A stretch of DNA of 64,000 bases from an uncultured Chloroflexia bacterium. GTDB taxonomy: Bacteria; Chloroflexota; Chloroflexia; QHBQ01; JADMIH01. The DNA is taken from contig CAWEQU010000008.1 of assembly GCA_963811305.1 (NCBI GenBank), forward strand, positions 324,539 to 388,538. The letters are read 5' to 3'. Under the pieces are notes generated by a model. That model saw only the letters and a list, made by a program, of their open reading frames with translations, was not told the DNA's origin and made no database searches. Shown piece by piece: positions 9,336-20,058 of the stretch (the first letter of the stretch is position 1; every line of letters begins with the position of its first letter). A program made the translations under genes and the position numbers.

Positions 9336-11173
9336 TTAATCTGTAGGTTCGAGGTTCAAGTCCCTTGTATGTGGCCCAAAGCCTGACGTTAGAGATTTCG
9401 TGGTAGCCAATTGCCGGCGCTCGCGCCTCCGGCGGGCGATGCTGATTGTGGACGAAATCAGCAGGTAGAGGAGGGGTGGCCCGTCTATTATCAAGCCGGA
9501 CCATGCCCACCACCACCCGAACAAGTTGGAAGTGGCGGGGTTGAGGCCATGCACGGCCAGGGAGGTAACACACATAATCTGCCCGGCGGTATACAGGCGT
9601 CCCGGCCCGAGCAGAGCCATAGGCACAATGAGCCAGGAAGTGTACCAGGGCCAGAACCAGATCGAGCCGATAGCAAGGTAAGCAAAAACAGTCCACCAGA
9701 GCGCGACCAGCATAGCGCGGAAGGTGCGGGCGCGCCACAGGTACAATAAGGCTAGCAAGGCTGCGATAGCTTGCAGGCCGTAGCGGGTGGGCTTGTCGAG
9801 GCTATCTCCAATAGCCTGACCATTCCACGACGTGCCGATATCCCAGTGCTGGTCATCTGCCATTCGATCTACGGCAGAGGGCACAGTGTAGCGAATTAGC
9901 GTGCCTAGAGAATGTATGTAATAGAGCGAGTCGGGTTCTCGGTATAGATCTTTAAAGTACCAGGCCCGCGCCAGAAAGGGAGCCACACCAATACCCAGGT
10001 CGCCGCTACGATCCCTAACGCCTGCCCTAACCGGGATAGCATGCGCATCAGGAGCTGCATGGTGCCATTACTGCTGGTCTTGCGGGTCTCCCAAAATAAG
10101 AAGGCGAGGTAGGGTCCGATAAAGGTCAAACCTTCCGTCAGCTTAGCCAGGCTTCCAAGCGCCAATACCATCACCGCCCACCGCCACCTGCCTGCCAGGT
10201 GCAGCCAGATAGCGGCCAATAGAGTCTCAGGCATGGCAAGCCCATCGTTGTGCCCGCTCACCCCGAACTCCACCAACAGCAGGGGGTTCCATGCGTAGGT
10301 GAGCGTGATACCAACCTGCGCGCCACGCCGCCAGCTACTTCGCACCCGCAATGCGGGTAGCTGCGTCCCACCCTCAGTATGCACGCGCTCTCGCGCCCTA
10401 CCCTTTGCGGGCCAATAGCGAGAGATAACCTCCCGCGCTACGTGCCACAGTAACCATATATTCACAAGGTGTAGGACGCTTGCCAGCAGCTTATGGCTCA
10501 GCAGGTGGGTGACGATATGGTCGTCTATCATCCGGCTGAACATGTACAGGTTACCCGCGATAATAGTCCAGACCGGCCCGTAGGCAGAAGGCAAATCGGG
10601 CCAATCTAGATAACGGAGCCAGCCTGCGGCATCCTGGGCGGCATAGGCTGAAGGCACATCTATAAAGGGATTGCCACCGTGCAGCGCGAAGACACGTCCA
10701 TACCATATATAGCTGAAGAGATCGCCTGTGAAAGCCCCAGGCGCGAATAAGAGCACCACCAGTATAGCGGCAGTGATAACGAGGATGATCCTGAGAGGAG
10801 CTTTGCCGCTCTTACCGGAAAAAACATCGGAGCGGAAGGCGCGGAAGACCACAAAAAGGTAGACGGCGAATAGCAAGATTAGCAGAAGGTGGTAGAACCT
10901 GGAGTTTAGCAAGCCGAAATCGCCGCTGCCGTTCATTCGCCCCAGCAGCGTCATAACGAAGGTGTTGAGGGGGTTGTAGAAACCGGGCCAGCGGTCGGCA
11001 ACGAGGTTGGACTTCACCCACAGGGAGGGTGATTGCAGCAGCAAGAATAAAGCAACGTACCCAATGAGGAGAAGGAATTCTCCCACAATAAGCAAGCGAA
11101 GCCCTGAGTTGTTGCGCGGGCTATCAACTTCGTGGGGGATAGAAGAATTGATGCGACGTGGGAATAGCTGCAT
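9336..11173 (-). CDS. GT-C fold integral-membrane glycosyltransferase (DUF2029/GT87-like), one frame break
   Basis: Polytopic membrane protein with a first-loop motif FTGDLFSYIWYGRVFALHGGNPF and SAYGPVW. ORFs 9905-11173 and 9336-9986 overlap and join at ..WLPFWRGPGTLK / FKDLYREPDSLYYIH... A paralogue lies at 51198-52830. Confidence 0.6.
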
Positions 11174-11179
11174 GGGCTT

Positions 11180-11418
11180 ATGTCATTGGGAATCACTCTG
11201 GCAGGGCTGATATTAAGACTTCGTTTTCGTGCCCGAAAATTGCCTTACCAACCTGTAGATACGATAGTGGTTTCACCGACTGTCAAGCCCAACGGAAAGC
11301 CTATCGAGAACATGATCATGTGGGACAAGCCCTATATCTTTCCCTTTCCATTATTGAGGTGATGGCTACCGAGAGCAAGTGCTAGGATATGATAGAGTTC
11401 TTCAGGGAGGACAGATAA
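11180..11418 (+). pseudogene. decayed paralogue of the 8860-9111 small protein
   Basis: ..LPYQPVDTIVVSPTVKPNGKPIENMIMWDKPYIFPFP is followed by a frame change, then IIEVMATESKC, an in-frame TAG, then DMIEFFREDR* (TAA 11416-11418). Compare ..EVMTTETEREDVIEFFREDR* in the intact copy. Confidence 0.6.
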
Positions 11419-11600
11419 GGCAAGGTTAGGCATCAGACATAAGTGTTTGGTAGCTAACGTATCTTAGCCTGCCGCCGAAGCTCACAACCTTACAGATCGG
11501 ATAAGATTACTCGCTCACGACAGAGCGATGCGCATGAACTCTTTAACAGCCTTCCTAACGAGGTTCGTCGCTGTCTCTTCAGGCTCATCATAGTAAGATG

Positions 11601-11818
11601 TTAAGCATCATATTCAGCCTGTTCTAGAGCAAAACTAACACGTAGCAGCGCTGAGGCATCCTGCTTCTCCGCCAGAGAACTTATTATCAGCATATTGGGA
11701 GTAGTTACACTTGACGCTTCAACATAGGCATCTATGAGAGCATTAATCTCATCTGTGGAGACATCCTATCGGCAAGTTTTGCTCGTAGGTCTTCCTCACT
11801 TACCTTTCTCCCCATCAT
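11601..11818 (-). pseudogene. small hypothetical gene, frame-disrupted
   Basis: ATGATG overlaps the upstream stop (TTATGATGG). MMGRKVSEEDLRAKLADR is followed by a shift to DVSTDEINALIDAYVEASSVTTPNMLIISSLAEKQDASALLRVSFALEQAEYDA*. Confidence 0.3.
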
Positions 11819-13587
11819 AAGCCTATCTCCTCATTCACGTCTAATTCCATAAGTTCCTCGATTTCGGCTTGCCGAGCGAGGGAAGGTAAGATTGCCTTGA
11901 AAAAGGCCACTCGATCTTCAGCTGAATGTTCTAAGCTCTTGTTTCGGATGCGGCCTTCACAATAGTTTGTATCTGCGTAGATTTAACACTGTACAGGCTA
12001 TGTACTGTAGGTTCGCTGCTGGCACCCTCTATGTTGCGGAATCCAAGCATCGGGTGATAAGCAAGAAGTTTCCTACCGAATTTACTCTGCCGAAAAGCAT
12101 CTAGAAACTCGTTAGAAGGTTCGACATCCTTGAAGAGAGCACTCAGCTTCTCATCTTCGCTCAGATGAATCCAATACTCTGAAAACGGAGAAAGTACCAG
12201 CTCAGAATAGACAGCGCATCCTTAAACAATCTTATGACGCGGGCGAAAGTCTGACGTAGCTCGGCATAAAAATCAGAACGTCGGTTATAGTCATTCTTCA
12301 CAGGTGCAGCCCAAGGTACGTCACGTGAATCTTCTGCCGTAAATAACACCACAATTGCTAAGCGGCGGGAACTTGCCGTAGAAGCGGGATTACGGCCAGC
12401 ACTGCCGCCATATGTAAACCCCCAGCCCACTGACTTGTCCGTGATACGTCCTTTAAAGTAAATAACCGCCCGTTACCCCACATCTCGACCCCTGGTCTCT
12501 GCGTCTGATTTACCTCTAACTGCGAATATGCATCTGGGTCTAAGGATAATCCAGCATATATTGTCGCACGCAAATGTGCCGTTCTAGCTTCTTCCAGTAA
12601 CTCGCTCTCAAACTCTACTTGCCAACATATCGGACGTAGCCATGGAAGAAAAGCTAAATTCCTTCGGAGTTTTTCTTCAACGGAGTTTACAAAGCGGATA
12701 TTAGCGGTCGCAGAAGATACCTTGAGACTGATACTGATATCGCACCCTTCTGATCGAAGCTTTTGATACTTCTCCGCATATACCTCACCAAAGTACGTAG
12801 CCAGAGCTTCACAGGCACGTTGTGGGGTATTCTCACTTGCAGTCTCCCCGACTCCTAGATAGTCAAGCGTACTCTGGGTCAAGTGACTTACTCGTATTGT
12901 GGTGCTACCTTCTGGGGGCGGGTTACGCGCCACAGAATATAGGTTGACTTTCCAGTTGCGCCATAGGTGATCATTATTGGGGTCTAGCCAACCCTTCGGG
13001 AAGTGGATAGCTATGGGTGGTTCACCTGGATAATGAGCAAACACTTCGACCTCTTTACCCAGCGCGAAGACGGCCATTTTGAAACCTTCACCCCAAGCAC
13101 CTATTCCGCCGCTAGCTCTATCGGAAGCTCCAAGCTGTATGAGGGGAACTATACGTTCGCCGGGTATGCTACCGCTGTTTTCTTGGATTACAAGTTGCGC
13201 AGGCAACGCTCCAGATTGTGGATATATCACTATCTCTACGTTTAGTATCCCTAGCTGTATCCAGGTTACGTTCGAAATTGTCGAAGATGTTGTCCAGTAT
13301 TTCTGCTAAAGCTTCCCTTACGTTAATCTGTTCAGCCTTATTTAGGATGACACGCTTGGTCGGACTTACAAGCTTCTCGTCTCGTTGTTCCCCTCGTTTG
13401 GGTGCATAGTAAAACCGCTCCCGAGCACTCCGTACTTCAGTACTCGTGATGTTGCCAATGCCAGGTAGGGCATCGTTGAGATGCCCGGCAAGGCTATCAT
13501 CATTGGCATGAGCATTGAAAATATATCAGCGGAGCCACTCATGAGAAGCTCCACCCAGAATTGGTGCTTTGTGGTCTGGTCAGCCAA
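11815..13587 (-). pseudogene. GHKL-type (HATPase_c_3/MORC-like) ATPase, at least 4 frame disruptions
   Basis: N-box REALAEILDNIFDNF (about 13270-13320). G-boxes LVIQENSGSIP and SGGIGAWGEGFKMAVFALG (ORF 12358-13230). The C-terminal continuation runs through ORF 12161-12430 and two further frames (..EYWIHLSEDEKLSALFKDVEPSNEFLDAFRQSKFGRKLLAYHP.., ..AEDRVAFFKAILPSLARQAEIEELMELDVNEEIGL*). Confidence 0.55.
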
Positions 13588-13592
13588 CGGTT

Positions 13593-14091
13593 TTATTCCT
13601 CCATTCCAATAACTGATGCTTCATACTTCTCGTTCGTGGCACTTATGATGGTAAGTATTAGTCTAAAGGAAGCCTTGGTAAAGCAATCACGTGCATTACT
13701 AGGTTGGCCGTCGACCTGAGCACCTAGCAGCTTCTTGCATTTGGCATCAATGTCGGAATTGCTGAAAGAAGAGACCAGTAAGCTTATGCGCGAAATCATT
13801 TCTTATACCACGTATGTAGTTTAAATCTTGAAACTCATCTTCTTTCAATAGACCTAGCAAATATGCTATCCTACTTCGGGCGGAGAATGTGCCGAGGGGA
13901 GCATTTGGTGCCCAGAGCATAGGTTGTACGTGTTCCTCATCATCTATAAAGTGTGCTGCTAATAGATATGACAGGAGAAGATCAAGATATGCGCCTATCA
14001 GTAGAGCAGCACCTCTATCCGTCTCTTTAGCAACCTCACTTGCTACGTCGGTGATTACAGGAACTGGTATTTTATACGTGTTCTTTGCCAT
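13593..14091 (-). CDS. MtlR/DUF4145-like helical protein, one frame break
   Basis: ETDRGAALLIGAYLDLLLSYLL..PLGTFSARSRIAYLLGLLKEDEFQDLNYIRGIRNDFAH fits the mannitol-repressor-like pattern. ORFs 13747-14091 and 13593-13799 join just after ..IRNDFAH. Confidence 0.45.
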
Positions 14092-14478
14092 ACTGCTTCT
14101 AGTTGTGGAAGGGCACTCATCAGCACTCTAGGTCATCTATTCAGACCTCGATCAGTATATATACTTGTGATGTAGTGTGGACAAATGCTGGATTTAGATG
14201 CTTTACAGCGGAACATCTGCTCTATCGACATTTGTGATGCTAATATAGAGAGCATGTATCGCATTATAACCCATGAAACCGCAAAGACATGTCCCGTTAT
14301 TGATTTCCCAGCATGATATGCTGTCAATGTGCATCATCGGCTATTCTCCGGTGTCAGATGGTATAGTGGTGGCAAGCCCGACAGTATGATATGCTAAACA
14401 TATTCAGATCAATTCACTAGGACTTCCAATTTCATTGAACTGTGTGCTGGTGAATACCTAGACCAAACGGAGTACTTA

Positions 14479-15381
14479 ATGGAAGTCGCATACAAGACTG
14501 AGACTGGCATTTGTTTGAACGGATTAGCCGAGGAACTTACTAGCTCACCGATTACGATACCTTATAAGCACCAAGTATAATCTGATACTCACTTCGCCAC
14601 CGTTCCCACTCAATCGGAAAAAAAAGTATGGGAACCTAACTGGCGAGGCATATATCGATTGGCTAGCAGGATTCGCGCCGATATTCAGAATTCCTTAAGG
14701 AAGGGGGTCCATTATTATTGAGCTTGGTAATTCTTGGGAGCCAGGGCGTCCAGTCATGTCCACACTAGCTTTGCGCGCGCTACTCGCTTTCTTAGACAGA
14801 GGATCCTCTCGTTCTTTGTCAGCAGTTTGTTCTGGCAGAATCCTGCACGGCTCCCAAGTCCAGCACAATGGGTTACTGTTGAAAGGATCAGGGTTAAGGA
14901 CGCGTTCACACATATCTGGTGGCTTTCCACGACGGATCGCCCTAAAGCCGATAACAGAAGAATTCTGAAAGAGTACAGCAAATCCATGGTGCAATTACTG
15001 GAGTTTAAGAAGTATAACTCGGGGAAAAGACCTTCCGAACACCATATTGGAGATACATCGTTCTTCAAAGATAATAAAGGAGCGATCCCATCGAATGTAC
15101 TAACGCTCGCAAACACGCACGCAAGCAGTGATTACTTGAAATACTGCCGATTGCATGGCATTGAGACGCACCCCGCACGTATGCCAATTGACCTCGCCAA
15201 GTTCTTTATCAAATTCCTTACTGAACCCGGCGATTTGGTCCTCGATCCATTTGCTGGCAGTAACGTCACTGGTGCATCTGCAGAGCGTCTATGTCGGAGA
15301 TGGATTTCTGTGGAGCCTAATCCAGATTACATTGATGGATCAAAAGGTCGGTTCATGCCTCTATCGATTGAAAGCGAGTAG
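14479..15381 (+). pseudogene. beta-class N4-cytosine/N6-adenine DNA methyltransferase (TSPPF motif), at least 3 frame disruptions
   Basis: LILTSPPFPLNRKKKYGNLTGEAYIDWL (frame 2, 14582-). GGSIIIELGNSWEPGRPVMSTLALRALLAFLD (ORF 14756-). ..FWQNPARLPSPAQWVTVERIRVKDAFTHIWWLS..DLVLDPFAGSNVTGASAERLCRRWISVE (ORF 14734-15381). Confidence 0.7.
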
Positions 15382-15435
15382 GATACGGGCACTGGTAAAC
15401 AAATCAAGTTAGCTCGGTAATCAGTTATACTTGCC

Positions 15436-16485
15436 ATGATGCGCATTCTCATCATGGCCCTCCTCCCCATCGGCGATACACTCTTCACCACACCCGCTAT
15501 ACACGCCCTCCGCAAGCGCTACCCAGGAGCGCATATCACCGCGCTCACTTACCCTACCAACCAGGGCATCTTGCGCTCCAACCCTGATATAGATGGCTTC
15601 CTGACATGGCCTACGCGAGATGCGTGGCCTGGCGTGCGAGCGGTGCTCAAGCTCTTCTGGAGGCTTCGCCGCGCATGCTTCGACCTGTCGGTAGAGTTCT
15701 CGAACTACAATTTATGGATCGCCAGCCTGGCGGGTATTCGGGAGCGCACCGAGATGAACCTCCCGCGCTTCTGGTGGGGGCGACCCGGTGCTGGACGCGA
15801 ATGGCGCAAGTATCACGCCGTCGAGCACTATAGTGACGTGGTAAGGCGACTTGGTATCGAGGTCGAAGATATGCGGCTGCGCCTCTATCCGGATGTCGAG
15901 GAGGAAGCCCGCGCCCAAAGCTGGCTCGACCGGAATCGCATAGAGGAGGGCGAGCTACTTATCGCCATGCATCCCGGCGGGGAAGGTCTGTGGGGCCGCA
16001 AGCGCTGGCCCGTCGAGCGATTTGCCCAGGTAGCGGACGGCCTATCGGGCAAGCTAGGGGCGCGCATCGTCATCATGGGGGGCAAGAACGAAGCCCCACT
16101 GGCGGCGGAGCTAGCTTCGCGCACTCACGCAAATATCATCAATGCCGTGGGCCAGACCACGTTGGGCGAGACGGCGGCCCTCGCCAGGCGATGCGCCTTG
16201 TTCATCGGCAACGACTTAAGCCCACTGCACATGGCTGTGGCGATGGGCACTCGCGCAGTCGCTATACATGGCCTCACAGACCCTCGCAGCTACCACCCCT
16301 GGGTCCCAGGCGGTAAAGAGGGGGTGGACTATATGGTAGTTCGCTCTCCCCTCCCATGCGCACATCGTTTCCCACTCGTGGGGGGTATAACCATACCCGC
16401 GTGGTTCGCCATCCTGCCATGCCGCGCCCTTGAAGCAATAAGACCGCAGCAGGTGCTAGATGCGGCACTCTCTCTACTCACCTAA
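15436..16485 (+). CDS. glycosyltransferase family 9 (heptosyltransferase-like)
   Basis: MRILIMALLPIGDTLFTTPAIHALRKRYPGAHI.., ..KRWPVERFAQVADGL.., ..GNDLSPLHMAVAMG.. follow the GT9 pattern. TATACT at 15426-15431 lies 4-7 nt before the tandem ATGs. Confidence 0.8.
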   Translation: MMRILIMALLPIGDTLFTTPAIHALRKRYPGAHITALTYPTNQGILRSNPDIDGFLTWPTRDAWPGVRAVLKLFWRLRRACFDLSVEFSNYNLWIASLAGIRERTEMNLPRFWWGRPGAGREWRKYHAVEHYSDVVRRLGIEVEDMRLRLYPDVEEEARAQSWLDRNRIEEGELLIAMHPGGEGLWGRKRWPVERFAQVADGLSGKLGARIVIMGGKNEAPLAAELASRTHANIINAVGQTTLGETAALARRCALFIGNDLSPLHMAVAMGTRAVAIHGLTDPRSYHPWVPGGKEGVDYMVVRSPLPCAHRFPLVGGITIPAWFAILPCRALEAIRPQQVLDAALSLLT

Positions 16486-16984
16486 CCATCTTCATCCATC
16501 GTCAGCACTGGCCGCTCACGGTCCGTCAGGTTGACCACCTGCGCGCTGCTTGCCCGCGCCAGGTCAGCCGGGGTAATCAATATCTCCTCTCCCCACTTGC
16601 CAGCGCCTACGCCCAATACAGGCTCGTCAAGCAGAGACGATTCGATAAAGGTGCGAAAGCCCCCTGGCTGCCAGCTAAAAGGGGGTATGGAGCCTATCAC
16701 ATAGCCCGTCGTCTCCTTCACCCTCTCCTGGCTCGCCATCTGGATATTGCGCGACCCGATAGCCTTCTTCAGGTGCCCCAAATCGCGTTCTGGTCGCCGC
16801 CGAGCATTACCAGCACGCACTCTCCCTTATCCGACTCGAAAATGAGGGTCTTCACCATCTGGCGCTCGCGGAAGCCAAGCGCCCGCGCCACGGATGCTGC
16901 GCCTTTTTCTGTGGTATCAGGGAAGCTACGCCGCTCGTACGTTATACCAAGCCTGTCGAGGTGCTCATGTGCGGGCAAAATCAT
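16482..16984 (-). CDS. YbaK/EbsC-type aminoacyl-tRNA editing deacylase, one frame break
   Basis: ORF 16769-16984 (..ERQMVKTLIFESDKGECVLVMLGGDQ) joins ORF 16482-16820 (..LKKAIGSRNIQMASQERVKETTGYVIGSIPPF..). Confidence 0.7.
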
Positions 16985-17897
16985 CTAGGACTGCCTCAAC
17001 CTGGGAACGATTTCAGTTGCCACCTGCCTGACAACCTCCTCTTGCCCTTCACCCCCCACGGGATACCATTCATCAGGCGGGTAGTAAAATATGAAATCGG
17101 TGATACCGCCCTCACGGAAGCGACCAATCGTCTCTTCAAAGCTGTTTATCGATGAGAAGGGACTGGTGGGTGTTGTCCTGTCGAGAAGTAGGAGGGAGCG
17201 AATAATCTCCTGTGGGTCTCGCCCTAGCTGCGCGCATGCTTCGTCAAGCATCTTATTGCGCTCTCGTATCGTGCCCACTGCTTCCTTGGTCGACTCTGAA
17301 GAACCAAGGAAGGTATTCCACCTATCGGCGTAGCGCGCGGCGGTCTTGAGCATAGAGGGACCGAGGGCCGCGATAGTGAGAGGCGGTCGAGGTTTCTGCA
17401 CGGGACCTGGACTTATCGCCACATCCTCAAGCTGGTAGTAGTGGCCGCTGATGGTGGTGCTTTCGTTGCGCAAAAGGCTATCCACCATACCAACGTACTC
17501 ACGGAAACGTCGCACCAACTCAGCAGGCTCCCAGGCACCCACGCCGAGCATACGCCAGCTAGGATCATGCTGCGATCCGGCACCCAGGCCCAACTCCAGC
17601 CTCCCAGCCGAAATGCGGTCCACAGTCATAGCCTGGCGAGCCAGGAGAGCGGGGTGGCGGAGCGTGAAAGGCGTGACCAGCGTGCCTATCCGGATGCGGG
17701 AGGTGTGGGCAGCGAGAGCAGCCAGCAAGCTCCAGGCCTCCAGCCACGATGTGCGCGGTTGGCGAGGGTTCACAAAGTGATCCGCTATCCATACGCTGTC
17801 GAAATCCCAGCGACTCGACCGTCTGCCAGTGCTCCAGCGTCTTTTCCCAGCTTGTATTCTGTATGGTGATAATGCCAAACGTAAGCGGCCTGCTCAT
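16985..17897 (-). CDS. LLM-class (luciferase-like) flavin/F420-dependent oxidoreductase, one frame break
   Basis: MSRPLTFGIITIQNTSWEKTLEHWQTVESLGF (ORF 17565-17897) continues as DSVWIADHF..ISAGRLELGLGAG.. (ORF 16985-17878). Confidence 0.75.
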
Positions 17898-17969
17898 GAG
17901 TTGCTAGCCTCCTTTCTACCGCTGATGCACAAGAATATCTTAGCCCGGTTTGGATTGCAACTCGTGATG

Positions 17970-18587
17970 CTAATCCTCTACCGACCTGACAAACAGTCCT
18001 AGCAACTCGATGAAGTCAAGCGCCTGCGAGGGATCCACAATTGCGCCTCGCAACTCGTCAAGTCCAACCTTTAGACCATCGAGGTTTGAGCCTCTGAAGT
18101 CCGTGCCAACCAGCTTTGCCCCGGACATGTCACACCTGGTGAGGTTGCACCTGGAAAAGAGTACGCCCGACAGGTCAGCCTCTCCGAAGTCCGCTTCCGT
18201 AAGGTCGCAATCCTCGAAGCGCACCGACTTGAAAATCGCTGACCGGAAGAAAGAGAAGCTCCCCTTGCAATCCTTGAAGAGGACATCATAGAACTCAGCG
18301 CCTCCTGCTTTCAGGCCCACAATACGCGAAGCTACAAGCTCCACGCGCTGCAAGCTGGCCTTGTAGAGGTCCGCGTTAGCCAGGTCGCAATCCTCAAGGC
18401 GAACGTCGAGAAGAGAGAGGCCGGGGAAGTTGCTCTCGCTCATGCTGACGTGGCTGAAGCGTGTGGCCTCGAAAGTCGCGTACTCTGCCCTTTGCCCGCC
18501 GAGGTCAAGTTGGGATAGGGCAAGGTAATCATACGTTCCGCGATCACGCACCGTATCGTCCGGGCAGGCCCTCAACCGATAGGTCAT
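17970..18587 (-). CDS. pentapeptide-repeat protein
   Basis: Continuous A(D/N)LXX-type repeats, e.g. CDLANADLYKASLQRVEL and CDLTEADFGEADLSGVLFSRCNLTRCDMSGAKLVGTDFRGSNL. Confidence 0.85.
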   Translation of the reverse strand: MTYRLRACPDDTVRDRGTYDYLALSQLDLGGQRAEYATFEATRFSHVSMSESNFPGLSLLDVRLEDCDLANADLYKASLQRVELVASRIVGLKAGGAEFYDVLFKDCKGSFSFFRSAIFKSVRFEDCDLTEADFGEADLSGVLFSRCNLTRCDMSGAKLVGTDFRGSNLDGLKVGLDELRGAIVDPSQALDFIELLGLFVRSVED

Positions 18588-18657
18588 CGGGGATGTCAGG
18601 AGGTTTTAGTGTTTTGGCAGCTTTCCTGGGTCTCTGGCTCATCGTATACCTCGCAGC

Positions 18658-19860
18658 CTACTTGCCGCATGGCTCCGGGCTATAGCGTAGAAACAAGGGC
18701 CTGCTTTCATTATCGTGCCCTCTCATGCCAACCGCCCAGAGCGTCTTGTCCACAGCAGTCAGCCCCAAGAGCCTCGTATCTTCCCCCGGCAAGGGGTTCG
18801 TCAGGGCGCTCCACGTCTTGCCGTCCCAGCGCATCAAGAGCAATTGCCGGGTGAGGGGATTATCGGCGTATTCGCCTGCCGCCCACACGTCGTCGGGTGA
18901 TAATGCTACCACCTCATGCGGGTATGGCCCTGCGGCGAGTTTGGGCGAATGCGCTCCCGCCCACTTCTCGCCGTCCCAGTGTAGCAAGACCCCTTCGTTA
19001 CCGTCGTTACCCACTACCCACACGCTCTGCGGCCCGGCTACAGCTATACCGTCGAGGTAGCCCCCCGTGTAGCTTTCGGGTGTATCCTCGATGTTCCAGG
19101 CTCTGCCGTTCCAATGCAGCACCTGCGTCCCGGCGGCCCACACGTCATCCCTCGATATAGCCCTCACCGCGAGCAGGTTATGCGTGCTGGCGCGTGGGGT
19201 CTCTACCTGCGACCATGCCTTACCGTCCCAGTGTAGCACCATCATGTGCGCGTCAACGTGCTCGCCCGCCAGGTAGCTCCCTACGGCCCACGCATCGTCC
19301 GAGGCTGTTGCGGACACGTCGTAGATAGTGTTATCGAGCGCGCCGGGGTTGGGCGTTGGCACGAGGCTCCATACCTGCCCATCCCAGTGCATCGCCAGGG
19401 CTTTGAAGTGAGCACCGTCGGGTGCGTAAGCGCCTACCGCCCATACGTCGCTGCCGGAGGTGCCAGCGACGGCGTACAGATTGTTCTTGCTGGTTGGACC
19501 GTCAGCGGCGTTTGGGCTGGGGATTATGCTCCACTGCGCGCCGTCCCAGTGCATGGTTAGCGTGGTAGAGTTCTCTCCGCTAGTGGCGGACTGCTGACCT
19601 ACAGCCCAGACATCGCGCTCGGAGAAGGCAGTGATGCCTCCCATCTGTACAGGGCCAGTATGCAAAGTGGGTGCAGGCACGTCGGCCCAGCATCCGGGAG
19701 TGACCATCGCTTCGATAGTGGGGTTGCCACCGCACGCGGAAAGTAATATCGCTGCAAGCATCAAGACGATAGTTCGCCACAAGGTTACAGGGGCGCCTGG
19801 TGACCAATGAACATTGGCGAAATAATGCGTATAGGTGCGTGTGGCCGGCGCCCGGCACAT
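18658..19860 (-). CDS. secreted/lipoprotein beta-propeller-like repeat protein (HWDGxxW blades)
   Basis: Six units: HWDGAQWSIIPSPN, HWDGQVWSLVPTPN, HWDGKAWSQVETP, HWNGRAWNIEDTP, HWDGEKWAGAHSP and RWDGKTWSALTNP. The lipobox-like LLSAC suggests the real start is internal, at about 19761-19788. Confidence 0.6.
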   Translation of the reverse strand: MCRAPATRTYTHYFANVHWSPGAPVTLWRTIVLMLAAILLSACGGNPTIEAMVTPGCWADVPAPTLHTGPVQMGGITAFSERDVWAVGQQSATSGENSTTLTMHWDGAQWSIIPSPNAADGPTSKNNLYAVAGTSGSDVWAVGAYAPDGAHFKALAMHWDGQVWSLVPTPNPGALDNTIYDVSATASDDAWAVGSYLAGEHVDAHMMVLHWDGKAWSQVETPRASTHNLLAVRAISRDDVWAAGTQVLHWNGRAWNIEDTPESYTGGYLDGIAVAGPQSVWVVGNDGNEGVLLHWDGEKWAGAHSPKLAAGPYPHEVVALSPDDVWAAGEYADNPLTRQLLLMRWDGKTWSALTNPLPGEDTRLLGLTAVDKTLWAVGMRGHDNESRPLFLRYSPEPCGK

Positions 19861-20058
19861 AAATGTGCGGGCTACACATACGAAGCCCGCCTGCGCGGGC
19901 TGGGGTGTAGGTAGTTGGTATATGGGGTGAACTGGTTGTTTTTACCGAGCGTTGGGCGGGATATGCAGACATGCTCTAGCATACCATCACGCCGAAATTC
20001 ACAGCAACATCCCAAACAAAAAGAGGACCGAGCAACCCTGCTCAGTCCTCAGTCTTCG

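Larger units (their letters stand above)
11420..15410. other. AT-richer accessory island of decayed defence-type genes
   Basis: By eye the composition drops relative to the flanking GT-C and GT9 genes. Every gene inside needs frame repairs. No integrase, tRNA or flanking direct repeat was seen. Confidence 0.5.

Noticed and set aside
14133-14327. 64-aa minus-strand ORF between the MtlR-like gene and the methyltransferase, as a possible restriction partner.
   Set aside because: It is too short, has no motif and no SD, and its composition looks non-coding.
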